From: Nitrospirota bacterium
GTDB taxonomy: Bacteria; Nitrospirota; UBA9217
Assembly: GCA_963741205.1 (NCBI GenBank)
Contig: CAVUHW010000020.1
Coordinates: 224,001 to 288,000, forward strand
Direction of reading: 5' to 3'
Length of the DNA stretch: 64,000 nt
Made by a program: the position numbers and the translations under genes. The notes below the pieces were generated by a model. It made no database searches, was not told where the DNA came from, and saw nothing but the letters and a program-made list of their open reading frames with translations. Position 1 is the stretch's first letter. Each line of letters starts with the position of its first letter. Below are positions 40,236 through 50,422 of this stretch, piece by piece.

Positions 40236-41768
40236 CTAGATCTCCTTTTTGATGTTCTTAAGCCAGTGTTCAAGACGATCGATTATCTCTTTACGGGCTA
40301 CCCCGGACTGTTTCGACTCAGCCGACCCTGCTGCTACCCTCGTCTTTTGAAACTCCTCGGCCGGCGCAATATACTCCTGCGGTGTAAAATCGGAAGGTAC
40401 GGTCCCTGCCCGCGTGAACTTCTCTTCCGGCGGGTTCAGGACGGCATCAAAATATTTTTCTTCATCTGCCGCTCCGGCGGTCGCACCAGGTTCCGGAGGC
40501 GGAGGGGTATACTCTTTTGGCTCTCCGAAGCGGGTATCCTCTCCCCTTGCGCCCGCTGCATCCGGTTGGGTCTCCTCCGGTACGGCGATCTGTTCAGCCT
40601 CAAGGGTGATCTCTTCTTCTGCGGTGTCCTTCGTGACGGCGGGGATATCTTCCTGAACCTCGGCAAAAATATTTGCGTCAATCTCCGCTTCGAGCGTATC
40701 GTTGCCTTCTCGTGGCGGTTGAGGAGTTTTGAAGGAAGCAGCCAGGGATCTCACTCGTTCAAGTTTATGTTTGAGGCCCCTGCTGTCGGGACGGTCGGCC
40801 AGCATCCGTTCATAAATATCGATCGCCTTTTCATAAAATCCCTGTGCGATGTACAGCTCAGCTAGCGTATCGGTCGTAAAATCATCGGATAAACCCCAGG
40901 CCCGTTCAGCTGTCGCTTCCGGTCTGGGCGGGGCGGCGGTAATTTCCTCGTGAGGAACGCCCCCTTCGGATTCTTCAGCGGGAAACATTTCTGTTTCCCT
41001 CAGAAGATTTTGTTCCTCCGAAGGCGGCCCGGGCGTTTCCCCGGGTGAAACTTCTTCCTCAAGCGGTTCGACAAAAAGAACTTCCTCGGCCTCCTCGGGT
41101 TCCGCGGGCATGACCGTCGAAGGGGGGGGCTGATCAACTTCTGCGAATACCGCCCCTTCTTCCGCCGCAACCGGCGAGGTCGCTTCTTCCTTTGATCCGG
41201 GTTCCGTCGTTTTTCCTTCCCCGGTCCCCGCCGCTACTCCCGGTGTTTCCGCTTTTGTGGCCTCCGCGGCCGTTTGTTGGAGAACGGGCCTCTGCTCAGA
41301 TGTTACGTCAGGCCCGGGAGGAGATACGGCCTTTTGCTGCAAAAGCCGCGGACTGACATCAAGTCCCGACTCAAGGTCCGATACGAGGGAGGAGATCTCT
41401 GCGTCTCCGGGGTTTAAGGAATGAGCTGTTTTATAATATTTAAGCGCCTCGGTCTGATTGCCGAGCAAGATATGCAGGTCGCCAAGTTTTTTTTGGGCCA
41501 GGAGGTTATCCGGCACGGCCTTGACCACCTCTTCAAACTCTCTCCGGGCAGAAGCCATGTCCCCCATGTCGAACAGCAGTCTGCCGAGGAAAGACCGTGC
41601 CGTCACATATCCCGGATTGTTTTTAAGGCCTTCCGAAAGCACATGGATAGCCATTTCAATGTCACCGCATCTTTTGTACTCCTCTGCAAGAGGTACAAAA
41701 AGCTTTGACTTGGGATCCCTTGAAATACGCTCCGTCAACTTAGCTATTTCGGAGGTGTTTTTATCCAT
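40236..41768 (-). CDS. TPR-repeat protein with long acidic/Pro-rich linkers
   Basis: N-terminal TPRs (DPKSKLFVPLAEEY), internal TDTLAELYIAQG TPR, C-terminal LEHWLKNI. Confidence 0.85.
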   Translation of the reverse strand: MDKNTSEIAKLTERISRDPKSKLFVPLAEEYKRCGDIEMAIHVLSEGLKNNPGYVTARSFLGRLLFDMGDMASARREFEEVVKAVPDNLLAQKKLGDLHILLGNQTEALKYYKTAHSLNPGDAEISSLVSDLESGLDVSPRLLQQKAVSPPGPDVTSEQRPVLQQTAAEATKAETPGVAAGTGEGKTTEPGSKEEATSPVAAEEGAVFAEVDQPPPSTVMPAEPEEAEEVLFVEPLEEEVSPGETPGPPSEEQNLLRETEMFPAEESEGGVPHEEITAAPPRPEATAERAWGLSDDFTTDTLAELYIAQGFYEKAIDIYERMLADRPDSRGLKHKLERVRSLAASFKTPQPPREGNDTLEAEIDANIFAEVQEDIPAVTKDTAEEEITLEAEQIAVPEETQPDAAGARGEDTRFGEPKEYTPPPPEPGATAGAADEEKYFDAVLNPPEEKFTRAGTVPSDFTPQEYIAPAEEFQKTRVAAGSAESKQSGVARKEIIDRLEHWLKNIKKEI

Positions 41769-42068
41769 GGAATTTTCTTGTGTTATCAAATCGATGCGGA
41801 AAAATTCTACCAAAAACAGAGGTTAAAAGTCAAGGTAATACTTTCCCCAATCGATATAACTGCCTGTTTTTTTCGTAAAAAGAAGGCGTGGCTCAGATTT
41901 TACGCTCTTATCGTTACAAAACGTCTAAGATAGACCATTTGTCACCGGACTACGTCTAAATTGACCGGAGTTCTCGGTTTTTCATAGTAGAATAAAGGCT
42001 TGTGAGGACGAGAAACTACAACACAAAAAGCAGTCGTTCCGAAAATATTTATCTTCCAGAAAATGTTT

Positions 42069-42611
42069 CTATGTCCGGATGCACATTTCGGCTCCCTGCT
42101 TCAATGCCGCTTCATTGAGAGGGATAAGAGCATGCCTGCGGGCGGGAAGTACCTGCTTAAGCGCGGATAAAACCGAATCCAGGGACACGACGCCTGTCTC
42201 TTCGAGAAAAGCGCCGAGTATCACCATATTCGCAATACGGATGTCGCCCAACGCCTCGGCGATGCCGGTTGCGCGCACCTCTATGCGGCTGATATCGGGA
42301 CGCGATGACGGAGCCTGTACAAGGGAGGTGTTTAGGAAAAGGCGGCCGCCCTTTTCGATCCTCTTCTCGAATTTAATAAATGACGCTTCATTCAGAATTA
42401 TCATGGCCGAGGGATGCTGCACCACAGGAGATCCGATTTCCCCGCTGGAGATAATAACCGTACAATTCGCCGTTCCGCCTCGGATCTCTGCCCCATAGGA
42501 GGGAAACCACGTCACGCGCCTGCCCTCGAGCATTCCGGCGTAAGCAAGCAGTTTTCCGGCAACCAGCACCCCTTGACCCCCGAAGCCCGCTATCATCACG
42601 TCCTGATACAT
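42069..42611 (-). CDS. 2-oxoacid:ferredoxin oxidoreductase gamma subunit
   Basis: AGFGGQG, PSYGAEIRGG, NMVILGA. Confidence 0.93.
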   Translation of the reverse strand: MYQDVMIAGFGGQGVLVAGKLLAYAGMLEGRRVTWFPSYGAEIRGGTANCTVIISSGEIGSPVVQHPSAMIILNEASFIKFEKRIEKGGRLFLNTSLVQAPSSRPDISRIEVRATGIAEALGDIRIANMVILGAFLEETGVVSLDSVLSALKQVLPARRHALIPLNEAALKQGAEMCIRT

Positions 42612-42683
42612 AAGACCTCGCTATCAGATTGCCGATTTCGAATTTTAATAAGCCCTCATTCCCCATGCCGCAGTGCGTCATTG

Positions 42684-43433
42684 TCATTCTGCTCCTTGAC
42701 TCCTGTCTTTATACACCCCGAGCGGGTAGTACTTCATCATGTGATCCCGAACCCATTCCACGGCTTGACTAGGGGTCATGCCCCAATCGGTCGGGCACAT
42801 GGAGAGCGCCTCGACGAAAGAAAAACCTACACCCTCCACCTGGTTCCTGAACGCTTTCTGAATGGCCTTCTTTGCGCCAAGCACATGTTTGGGGCTGTCG
42901 AGTGATACTCGTTCGATGTAGACCGGTCCATCCAACACAGCAAGCATCTCACTCACCCTGAGCGGGCTGCCGGCTTCGCGAATGTTCCTTCCCAATGGCG
43001 TGGTCGTCGTTTTCTGGCCCGGCAAGGTGGTCGGCGCCATCTGGCCGCCGGTCATACCGTAGGTGCCGTTATTAACGAATATGACGGTAATGTTCTCTCC
43101 GCGGGCCGCAGCGTGTATGATCTCGGCGGTGCCGATGGCGGCGAGGTCGCCGTCGCCCTGGTAACTGAAGATGATCGAATCGGGACGAGAGCGCTTCATC
43201 CCCGTGGCGATCGCAGGCGGCCTGCCGTGCGGCACTTCTATCATGTCGATATCGAAATAGTCGTAGGCAAAGACCGCGCATCCGACCGGCGCAATGCCGA
43301 TGGTCCGGTCGCGTATTCCCATGGAATCGATGGTCTCGGCAACGATCCTGTGTAAAACGCCGTGACTGCACCCCGGGCAATACCGGAACGGCCTGTCTTT
43401 CAAGCATGATGGTCGGGAGAAAACTTTATTCAT
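42684..43433 (-). CDS. 2-oxoacid:ferredoxin oxidoreductase beta (TPP-binding) subunit
   Basis: YCPGCSH, PVGC, HGR, QGDGD, NNGTYGMTGGQ, CPT. Confidence 0.93.
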   Translation of the reverse strand: MNKVFSRPSCLKDRPFRYCPGCSHGVLHRIVAETIDSMGIRDRTIGIAPVGCAVFAYDYFDIDMIEVPHGRPPAIATGMKRSRPDSIIFSYQGDGDLAAIGTAEIIHAAARGENITVIFVNNGTYGMTGGQMAPTTLPGQKTTTTPLGRNIREAGSPLRVSEMLAVLDGPVYIERVSLDSPKHVLGAKKAIQKAFRNQVEGVGFSFVEALSMCPTDWGMTPSQAVEWVRDHMMKYYPLGVYKDRSQGAE

Positions 43434-43459
43434 TGCTCACCGGGTCAAGCAAAAATCGC

Positions 43460-43489
43460 TTGACATTCAACCCCTCACTCTGTTATTTT
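43460..43489 (+). promoter_or_regulatory. sigma70 promoter of tRNA-Phe
   Basis: TTGACA at 43460; TGtTATTTT extended -10 at 43481-43489. Confidence 0.55.
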
Positions 43490-43525
43490 ATCGTCCTGCT
43501 TTATTGTTCGCCGTGATGCGCCGAT

Positions 43526-43601
43526 GCCGAGGTAGCTCAGTTGGTAGAGCAGAGGCCTGAAAAGCCTCGTGTCCGCAGTTCGATTCTGCGCCTCGGCACC
43601 A
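43526..43601 (+). tRNA. tRNA-Phe (GAA)
   Basis: 76 nt; acceptor stem GCCGAGG/CCTCGGC, anticodon arm GAGGC-CTGAAAA-GCCTC, GTTCGATT T-loop, encoded CCA. Confidence 0.97.
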
Positions 43602-43690
43602 TTTCTTTCAGAAATTCCTCGATCCAAAACTCCCACATTGAACCTGCTGTTGAAAATCTATTTTTCGACTTTTCCAGAGTTTGACTCAAT

Positions 43691-45088
43691 TCACTCTTTA
43701 TCAAACAGCCCCAACTGCAGCATCTTCTCCCCGGGGAACGGCACGGGGTACTCGCCATCGAAGCAGGCCGCGCAATAATTCATGCGGTGCGGCACTACCT
43801 TCTGGATCCCGTCCATACTGATATAGCCCAGCGTGTCCGCGGTGATATATTTCCTGATCTCCTCGATACTGTGCGTTGACGCTATGAGCTCCTGCCGCGT
43901 CGGCATGTCGATGCCGTAGAAACAGGGAAACGATGTCGGAGGCGAGCTGATGCGCAAGTGGACTTCCGCCGCACCCGCGTTCCTGATCATCTTGATGATC
44001 TTCTTGCTGGTGGTGCCGCGCACGATGGAATCGTCCACCACCACGACACGCTTGCCCCTGAGCGCGTCCCTTACGGGGTTCAGTTTGATCTTGACGCCGA
44101 AGTGCCTGATGCTCTGGCGCGGTTCGATGAAGGTGCGTCCGATGTAATGGTTCCTGATGAGTCCCGTGTCAAAGGGGAGCCCCGCTTCCTCTGCATACCC
44201 CAGGGCGGCCGGTACGCCCGAGTCCGGCACGGGAATGACCACGTCAGCCTCGATGCCGGTCTCCCGAGCGAGCTGCCTGCCGAAATTTTTTCTGATCGTA
44301 TAGACATTCTGGCCGAAGACCATGCTGTCGGGCCTCGCGAAATAGATGAACTCGAATATGCAGTGAGAAGGCTCTGCGGGTTTGAACGGGAACGAGGAAT
44401 GGATGCCTTTGCTGTTGATCACCACCATCTCGCCCGGCGCGACATCGCGGATGTAGGTCGCTTCGATGAGGTCGAAAGCGCACGTCTCCGAGGCAACCAC
44501 GTAGGCGCTGTCGAGTTCCGCGAGTGAAAGCGGCCGGAATCCGTTCGGATCACGGACGGCGATGAGTTCCTCTTCGGTGATGATCAGGAGACTGTAGGAC
44601 CCCTGGACGTGGCCCAGGGCGTCGACGATCCGCTCGTGCAGGGTCGCCGCCCGGGACTGGGCTATCAGGTGCACGATCACTTCGGTGTCCGTCGTCATGA
44701 CGAATATCGAACCGTAGGCTTCGAGTTCGTCCTTCAGTATCCCGGCGTTCACCAGGTTTCCGTTGTGCGCGACCGCCAATCCACCCAAGGCGAAGTTGAC
44801 GAGGATAGGTTGTATGTTGAGCGCGGCGCTTTCTCCCGTGGTCGAGTACCGGTTGTGGCCGATGGCCATATGCCCCGGCAGCTTCTTGATCCGGTCTTCG
44901 GAAAAGATGTCCGCCACCAGTCCCATGGCCTTCTGGCCATAAAGCTTTTTTCCGTCGGACGAGACGATCCCGGCTGATTCCTGGCCGCGGTGCTGAAGCG
45001 CATAGAGGCCGAGATAGGTGAGGTTCGCTGCGTCCGGGTGTCCGTAGATCCCGAACACACCGCATTCTTCATGGAGCTTGTCGAACAT
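43691..45088 (-). CDS. purF: Amidophosphoribosyltransferase
   Basis: [29 protein letters not shown]. Confidence 0.97.
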   Translation of the reverse strand: MFDKLHEECGVFGIYGHPDAANLTYLGLYALQHRGQESAGIVSSDGKKLYGQKAMGLVADIFSEDRIKKLPGHMAIGHNRYSTTGESAALNIQPILVNFALGGLAVAHNGNLVNAGILKDELEAYGSIFVMTTDTEVIVHLIAQSRAATLHERIVDALGHVQGSYSLLIITEEELIAVRDPNGFRPLSLAELDSAYVVASETCAFDLIEATYIRDVAPGEMVVINSKGIHSSFPFKPAEPSHCIFEFIYFARPDSMVFGQNVYTIRKNFGRQLARETGIEADVVIPVPDSGVPAALGYAEEAGLPFDTGLIRNHYIGRTFIEPRQSIRHFGVKIKLNPVRDALRGKRVVVVDDSIVRGTTSKKIIKMIRNAGAAEVHLRISSPPTSFPCFYGIDMPTRQELIASTHSIEEIRKYITADTLGYISMDGIQKVVPHRMNYCAACFDGEYPVPFPGEKMLQLGLFDKE

Positions 45089-45109
45089 AATCTGTACCAA
45101 CTTCCTTTC

Positions 45110-45178
45110 ACCACTAAGACACCAAGGCACTAAGATAACGACTTAGTCTTTCTTCGTGACTTCGTGCCTTCGTGGTGA
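45110..45178. repeat. Octamer inverted repeat (CACyAAGr)n...(CTTCGTGn)n overlapping the purB 3' end
   Basis: CACTAAGA CACCAAGG CACTAAGA ... CTTCGTGA CTTCGTGC CTTCGTGG. Confidence 0.7.
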
Positions 45179-46483
45179 CTGTTTGTTCTTTTTGTTAAAG
45201 ACCCTCTTGAAAATATAATCGACCTTCTTGAGCGTATGCGAAAGGTCGAAGCAATCGTTGATCTCCCTGACGGTCAGGTATTTACGGATGTCCTTGTCGT
45301 TTTGCAGCCGTTCCTTAAAATCGCCGCCCTGTTTCCAGACATCCATCGCGTTCCGCTGGACGTAGGAGTACGCGGTCTCGCGCGATACCCCCTTCCCCAC
45401 GAGCGCCAGCATCACGGTCTCGGAGTGGAAGAGGCCCTTCGAAAGCGCCATGTTCCGCTCCATGTTCCGCGGGTAGACGAATAGTTTATCGACGAGACTG
45501 TTAAAGCGCATGAGCATGTAATCGATGAGGATCGTGCTGTCAGGAATGATGATACGCTCGACGGAGGAATGGCTGATGTCCCGCTCGTGCCACAGCGCGA
45601 CGTTTTCCATGCCGGCGACCGCGTTCGCGCGGACCACGCGGGCAAGGCCGGAGAGGTTCTCTGCCGAAATGGGGTTCCGCTTGTGCGGCATGGCGGACGA
45701 GCCCTTCTGGCCTTCGGAAAAGTACTCCTCCGCCTCGAGCACCTCGGTGCGCTGGAGGTGGCGGAGTTCGATGGAAAATTTTTCCAGGGAGGAGGCGATG
45801 AGCGCGAGCGTCGAGAGGAACTCGGCGTGCCGGTCCCGCTGCACGACCTGCGTGGCGACGGGTTCGGGCGTAAGACCCAGTTTCCGGCACACGTAGTTCT
45901 CCACGAAGGGATCGATGTTCGCGAAGGTCCCCACGGCCCCCGATACCTTTCCCACGCTGATCACGTCCCGTGCGCGGACCATGCGGTCGAGGGCGCGGCC
46001 CATTTCCTCGTACCAGAGCGCCATTTTGAGGCCGAAGGTGATCGGTTCGGCATGCACGCCGTGGGAGCGGCCGATCATGACCGTGTTCTTGTGCTGGCGG
46101 GCCTTCTTTTTGAGTGTGACCAGCACGATCCGGACGTCCTTGATGATGATGTCCGCCGCCCTGCGCATAAGCGAGGCAAGGGACGTATCGAGCACGTCCG
46201 ACGAGGTGAGGCCGAGATGGATATACCGCGAATCGGGCCCCACGTTCTCGCCGACGGCGGTCAGAAAAGCGATGACGTCGTGCTTCACGATTTTTTCGAG
46301 GGCGTCGATCCGCCTGACGTTGAAGTCGGCCTTGTTTTTGATGTTCGTGAGGGCCTTCGCCGGTATCAACCCGAGTTTGGCGTTCGCCTCGCACGCGAGG
46401 ATTTCCACCGCGAGCCACGCGCGATATCTGTTCTCCGGTTCCCAGAGGCCCGCCATTTCGGGCCTGCTGTAGCGAGGGATCAT
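45143..46483 (-). CDS. purB: Adenylosuccinate lyase
   Basis: MIPRYS, HDV, GRSHG, GSSAMPHKRNP. Confidence 0.97.
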   Translation of the reverse strand: MIPRYSRPEMAGLWEPENRYRAWLAVEILACEANAKLGLIPAKALTNIKNKADFNVRRIDALEKIVKHDVIAFLTAVGENVGPDSRYIHLGLTSSDVLDTSLASLMRRAADIIIKDVRIVLVTLKKKARQHKNTVMIGRSHGVHAEPITFGLKMALWYEEMGRALDRMVRARDVISVGKVSGAVGTFANIDPFVENYVCRKLGLTPEPVATQVVQRDRHAEFLSTLALIASSLEKFSIELRHLQRTEVLEAEEYFSEGQKGSSAMPHKRNPISAENLSGLARVVRANAVAGMENVALWHERDISHSSVERIIIPDSTILIDYMLMRFNSLVDKLFVYPRNMERNMALSKGLFHSETVMLALVGKGVSRETAYSYVQRNAMDVWKQGGDFKERLQNDKDIRKYLTVREINDCFDLSHTLKKVDYIFKRVFNKKNKQSPRRHEVTKKD

Positions 46484-46537
46484 TCAGTTCTCCTCTTCGT
46501 ATGCATGCGTTATGCTGTCTCCCTTCCTACGGCCGCG

Positions 46538-47035
46538 TTACTCATTCACCAGCCGCGAAAGCTCCTTATATGCCGCCTCGTCCGGCGCGAGCAGGGAGAC
46601 TGTCAGACTGCGCCCGCCGGCGCCCGCCGACAGCCCTTCTCTGAGCGCTCGGAGTCCCGCATCGTGGGGCGTCCGAAGCGGCTGCAGGTACTCGAATGCC
46701 GCACTGGAGGCGCCGGTGCCCGCCACGCTCGCCGCGGCGGTGCGCGCCGCATTCTTGAGCGCGGGCAGGGAAAAATCGGACGCGGGGCCGAGGCCGACCA
46801 TGAAGACCTTTTGTGCGGGCACCTTTCCCCGTGCGGGCAAAAGGGCCACGTCGCCCGGCGATCCACGCAGCTTGTCATCAAGCAACAGGCTTGATAAGGA
46901 GCCGCACAGCAGCCAATCGAGCCGCCCGGCGAGACCCTTCAGCGGCCTCACGTCCTCGAAAAAACCGACGACGAGTGCTTCGCACTCGACCGTTGTTATG
47001 TCCTGGAGAATGACTTTCACTGTCAGCCCGGGCAT
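46538..47035 (-). CDS. Peptidase M17 N-terminal (macro-like) domain protein
   Basis: EDVRPLKGLAGRLDWLLCG...KVFMVGLG; no catalytic domain. Confidence 0.75.
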   Translation of the reverse strand: MPGLTVKVILQDITTVECEALVVGFFEDVRPLKGLAGRLDWLLCGSLSSLLLDDKLRGSPGDVALLPARGKVPAQKVFMVGLGPASDFSLPALKNAARTAAASVAGTGASSAAFEYLQPLRTPHDAGLRALREGLSAGAGGRSLTVSLLAPDEAAYKELSRLVNE

Positions 47036-47042
47036 CCCTCGC

Positions 47043-47475
47043 CTAATCCTCGATCCTGTTTTCTTCCAACTTCCCCGCTAAGCGGGCAACACGGTCCAGG
47101 ATGCCGTTCACAAAGGCCCCGGATTCTTCCGTACCGTATTTCTTTGCGATTTCGATGGCTTCGTTGATCGTTACGCTGGTGGGGATGTCGATCCGGTAGA
47201 GAATTTCATAGATCGCCATCCTCAGGACATTGCGGTCGACAACCGCCATGCGGTCGAGACTCCAGTTCTTTGCGCATTGATGAATGAGGTCGTTGATCTT
47301 GGGCAGGTGCTTGTACGTTCCCTTGATGATCTCTTCCGCAAAGGCCTTTACTTCATCTTCCGGGTCGATACTCCGCCCAGAAATGCTTGAGAATGGCGGC
47401 AGAAGGCTTCTCTTTCCTGATGTCGAGCTGAAACAGTATCTGGAGCGCGTGCTCCCTGGCCTTGCGTCTCTTCAT
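47043..47475 (-). CDS. nusB: Transcription antitermination factor NusB (frameshifted)
   Basis: MKRRKAREHALQILFQ; DRNVLRMA; INEAIEIAKKYG; FVNGILD. Confidence 0.93.
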
Positions 47476-47531
47476 TTAAAATGCCGTTCTCCAATGGTCC
47501 TGACCGCCGTTCCCTGCCGCGCATCGTGACT

Positions 47532-47999
47532 CTATGCCATCTGTTTCATGACGTTCGCCATCTCGATGGCGGACAGCGCCGCGTCCCATCCTTTATTGCC
47601 GCTCTTGGTCCCCGCACGTTCAATGGCCTGTTCGATGGTATCGGTGGTCAGCACGCCGAAGATGACGGGCAGGCCGCTTTCCATGGACACCGAGGCCACG
47701 CCCTTGCTCACTTCGGCGCTCACATACTCGAAGTGAGGCGTGGCCCCCCGGATGACCGCGCCGAGACAGATGACCGCGTTGTATTTTTTCGTCTGCGCCA
47801 TCATCTTCGCCGCGAGAGGGATCTCGTAAGAGCCCGGGACCTTCACGACTTCGATGTCGTTCTCCGCAACGCCGTGACGCTGCAGCGCGTCAACGGCGCC
47901 GTCAAGGAGCCGCGCCGTGATGAAATCATTAAAGCGCGCAGCCACAATCCCGAACTTGAGCCCCTTGCCGCTCAGATCACCCTGGATGATTTTTGCCAT
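47532..47999 (-). CDS. ribH: 6,7-dimethyl-8-ribityllumazine synthase
   Basis: [27 protein letters not shown]. Confidence 0.97.
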   Translation of the reverse strand: MAKIIQGDLSGKGLKFGIVAARFNDFITARLLDGAVDALQRHGVAENDIEVVKVPGSYEIPLAAKMMAQTKKYNAVICLGAVIRGATPHFEYVSAEVSKGVASVSMESGLPVIFGVLTTDTIEQAIERAGTKSGNKGWDAALSAIEMANVMKQMA

Positions 48000-49263
48000 C
48001 GTGTTCCTCCGCACATTCGTTGAATATACTCCGAACTCTGAACTTTAGACTTGAATCGTTAACTTTCTCCAGCATATGCCCCATCTTATGCTTCTTGACC
48101 TTGAGGTAGTGGATGTTCTTTGCATGGGGATGCATCTCGATCGGCACACGCTTCGTCACGGTCAAACCATAGCCTTCCAGTCCGATGATTTTTTTCGGAT
48201 TGTTCGTCAGGAGCTTGATCTTGCGGATGCCGAGGTCGCGAAGGATCTGGGCGCCGACGCCGTAATCCCGGAGATCGGCCTTGAAGCCGAGCGCGAGGTT
48301 CGCCTCGACCGTGTCCTTGCCCTTGTCCTGGAGTTCGTAGGCCTTCAGTTTGCCCTCGATGCCGATGCCCCGTCCTTCCTGTCGCATATAGAGGATCACG
48401 CCCTTGCCTTCCTTATCGATCATCTGCATGGCGTTGCGGAGCTGTTCGCCGCAGTCGCAGCGCATCGAGCCGAAGACGTCCCCGGTGAGGCACTCCGAAT
48501 GGACGCGGACCATCACCTCGTCGTCGGGCTTGATATCGCCCTTGACCAGCGCGATATGGCTCAGGCGGTCGATGTCGTTCGCATACAGGATCGCCGTAAA
48601 ATCGTTGCCGTGCATCGTCGGAAGCTTCGTTACCGCCACGCGTCGGACGAGGGACTCCTTCCTCACCCGGTACGCGATAAGGTCCTTGATAGTCACGATC
48701 TTCATCCGGTGGGTCTTTGCGAATTCCATGAGCTGCGGCACTCGGGACATGGTGCCGTCATCGTTCATGATCTCGCAGATCACGCCCGCAGGAGAGAGCC
48801 CCGCGAGCCGCGCGAGGTCCACCGAGCCCTCCGTCTGGCCCGCGCGCTGGAGCACGCCGCCCGGTTTGGCCCGGAGCGGAAAGACATGACCCGGCCGGGC
48901 AAGGTCTTCCGCGCCCTTCTTGGGGTTGATCGCGGTCTTGATCGTTGTCGCGCGGTCCGCCGCGGAAATGCCGGTCGTCACGCCCTTCTTCGCCTCAATG
49001 GATATGGTGAACGCCGTGCCGAACGAGGAGGTGTTGTCGGTGGTCATCATCGGAAGCTGCAGTTGTTCCACCCGCTCCGGCGTAAGCGAAAGGCAAATGA
49101 GCCCCCTGCCGTACCTGGCCATGAAATTGATGGCCTCGGGGGTCACCATTTCGGCCGCCATGGTCAGATCGCCTTCGTTTTCCCGGTCCTCGTCGTCCAC
49201 GAGAATGACCATCTTCCCGTTTCTGATGTCTTCGATAGCTTCTTCAATCGTATTGAACTTCAT
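47977..49263 (-). CDS. ribBA: Bifunctional DHBP synthase / GTP cyclohydrolase II (true stop may lie near 48050)
   Basis: [41 protein letters not shown]. Confidence 0.96.
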   Translation of the reverse strand: MKFNTIEEAIEDIRNGKMVILVDDEDRENEGDLTMAAEMVTPEAINFMARYGRGLICLSLTPERVEQLQLPMMTTDNTSSFGTAFTISIEAKKGVTTGISAADRATTIKTAINPKKGAEDLARPGHVFPLRAKPGGVLQRAGQTEGSVDLARLAGLSPAGVICEIMNDDGTMSRVPQLMEFAKTHRMKIVTIKDLIAYRVRKESLVRRVAVTKLPTMHGNDFTAILYANDIDRLSHIALVKGDIKPDDEVMVRVHSECLTGDVFGSMRCDCGEQLRNAMQMIDKEGKGVILYMRQEGRGIGIEGKLKAYELQDKGKDTVEANLALGFKADLRDYGVGAQILRDLGIRKIKLLTNNPKKIIGLEGYGLTVTKRVPIEMHPHAKNIHYLKVKKHKMGHMLEKVNDSSLKFRVRSIFNECAEEHDGKNHPG

Positions 49264-49362
49264 AGAAATGCACCTCGATAATGCAGTGATGCCGATCCGG
49301 CGTCAGGAGCATGACTAGCGATTATCTGTACCGTGCGATCTCTGCACCATGTACCATTTTTC

Positions 49363-50002
49363 TTAAGCAAATCCCGTCTTCTTGAGCAGCTCCAGATTCA
49401 CGCCGCCTTCAACCCTTCCGGACAAAAGACGCTCCACATACTTGCCGATAATGTCCGCCTCCAGGTTCACGCTGTCGCCGGCTGACTTGAAACCCAGAGT
49501 CGTCAATTTTGCCGTGTGGGGGATCATGGCGATGGAGAAACCGGTCTTGTCCGTGTCCGCCACCGTCAGGCTGATTCCGTCAATGGCGATGGAGCCCTTT
49601 TTGATGACGTAGCGAAGGACCTCGTCCGGCGCATCGAAGAATATCCTCCAGCCGTTGCCCTCGACACGCCTCTCGCGGATTCGGCCGACCGCGTCCACGT
49701 GGCCGCTCACCAGATGACCGCCGATCCGGGCGGAAAGCTGGAGCGCCCGTTCCAGGTTCACCTTCGCGCCGATCGTGAGTTCCCCCAGGTTCGTGACCTT
49801 GAGCGTTTCGGCCGCGACATCCGCGGAGAACTCGCTTTTTGTTCAGATCGACAACGGTGAGACAGACCCCATTCACACAGATGCTTTCGCCCAGGGCCGT
49901 GCCGTCAAGGACCGTGGATGCGGAAATCGTGAGCCGGGCGGCGCCTGTTTCCCGCCTGAGAGACTTCACGCTTCCCATCTCTTCCACGATCCCGGTGAAC
50001 AT
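49363..50002 (-). CDS. ribE: Riboflavin synthase (frameshifted)
   Basis: MFTGIVEE, NGVCLTV, GGHLVSGHVD, DGISLT, IPHT. Confidence 0.95.
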
Positions 50003-50156
50003 GAGTGATGAACGACCTCTTTAGTCTGAGAATGATCGCCTGCCCGCACGAAGGACGGGGCACGCGTAACACGCAGCAACAACCTGATAAAAAAGTCTTT
50101 TCTTCGAAGAATTGCGCTGATATAAGCTGTAATGACAATGAAGACGGAGACTCGTT

Positions 50157-50185
50157 ATAATAACTGCGACTGACTTTATTGTCAA
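50157..50185 (-). promoter_or_regulatory. sigma70 promoter of the rib operon
   Basis: Minus strand TTGACA-17 nt-TATTAT. Confidence 0.7.
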
Positions 50186-50422
50186 GAATATTGTGGGCTT
50201 AGAACGGCAGTTGAGGGCGAATTCCGGCGTGTTCGGTGCAGGTGCTTGATCAACGACGGCTCAAGGAGGGACGAAGCAACGATCGTCCCTGTAATCACGT
50301 CATTTAAGTCGTCGCATACCGGGGAACGGCCCCCGACGAAAAAACCGGGGACACCAACAGTAACATACTCCGCACGGTCCGGATCGGGAGTGCGCTGTCG
50401 GACCCGGTCGCCGTCAGGTGGC

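Noticed and set aside
43526-43690. tRNA-Phe as an integration site
   Set aside because: No integrase nearby and no duplicated tRNA 3' end seen; purF follows directly.
50003-50156. FMN riboswitch upstream of ribE
   Set aside because: The 150-nt leader lacks the conserved RFN core (AGGGCnGGGTGAAAnTCCC...ACCGGCGGT).
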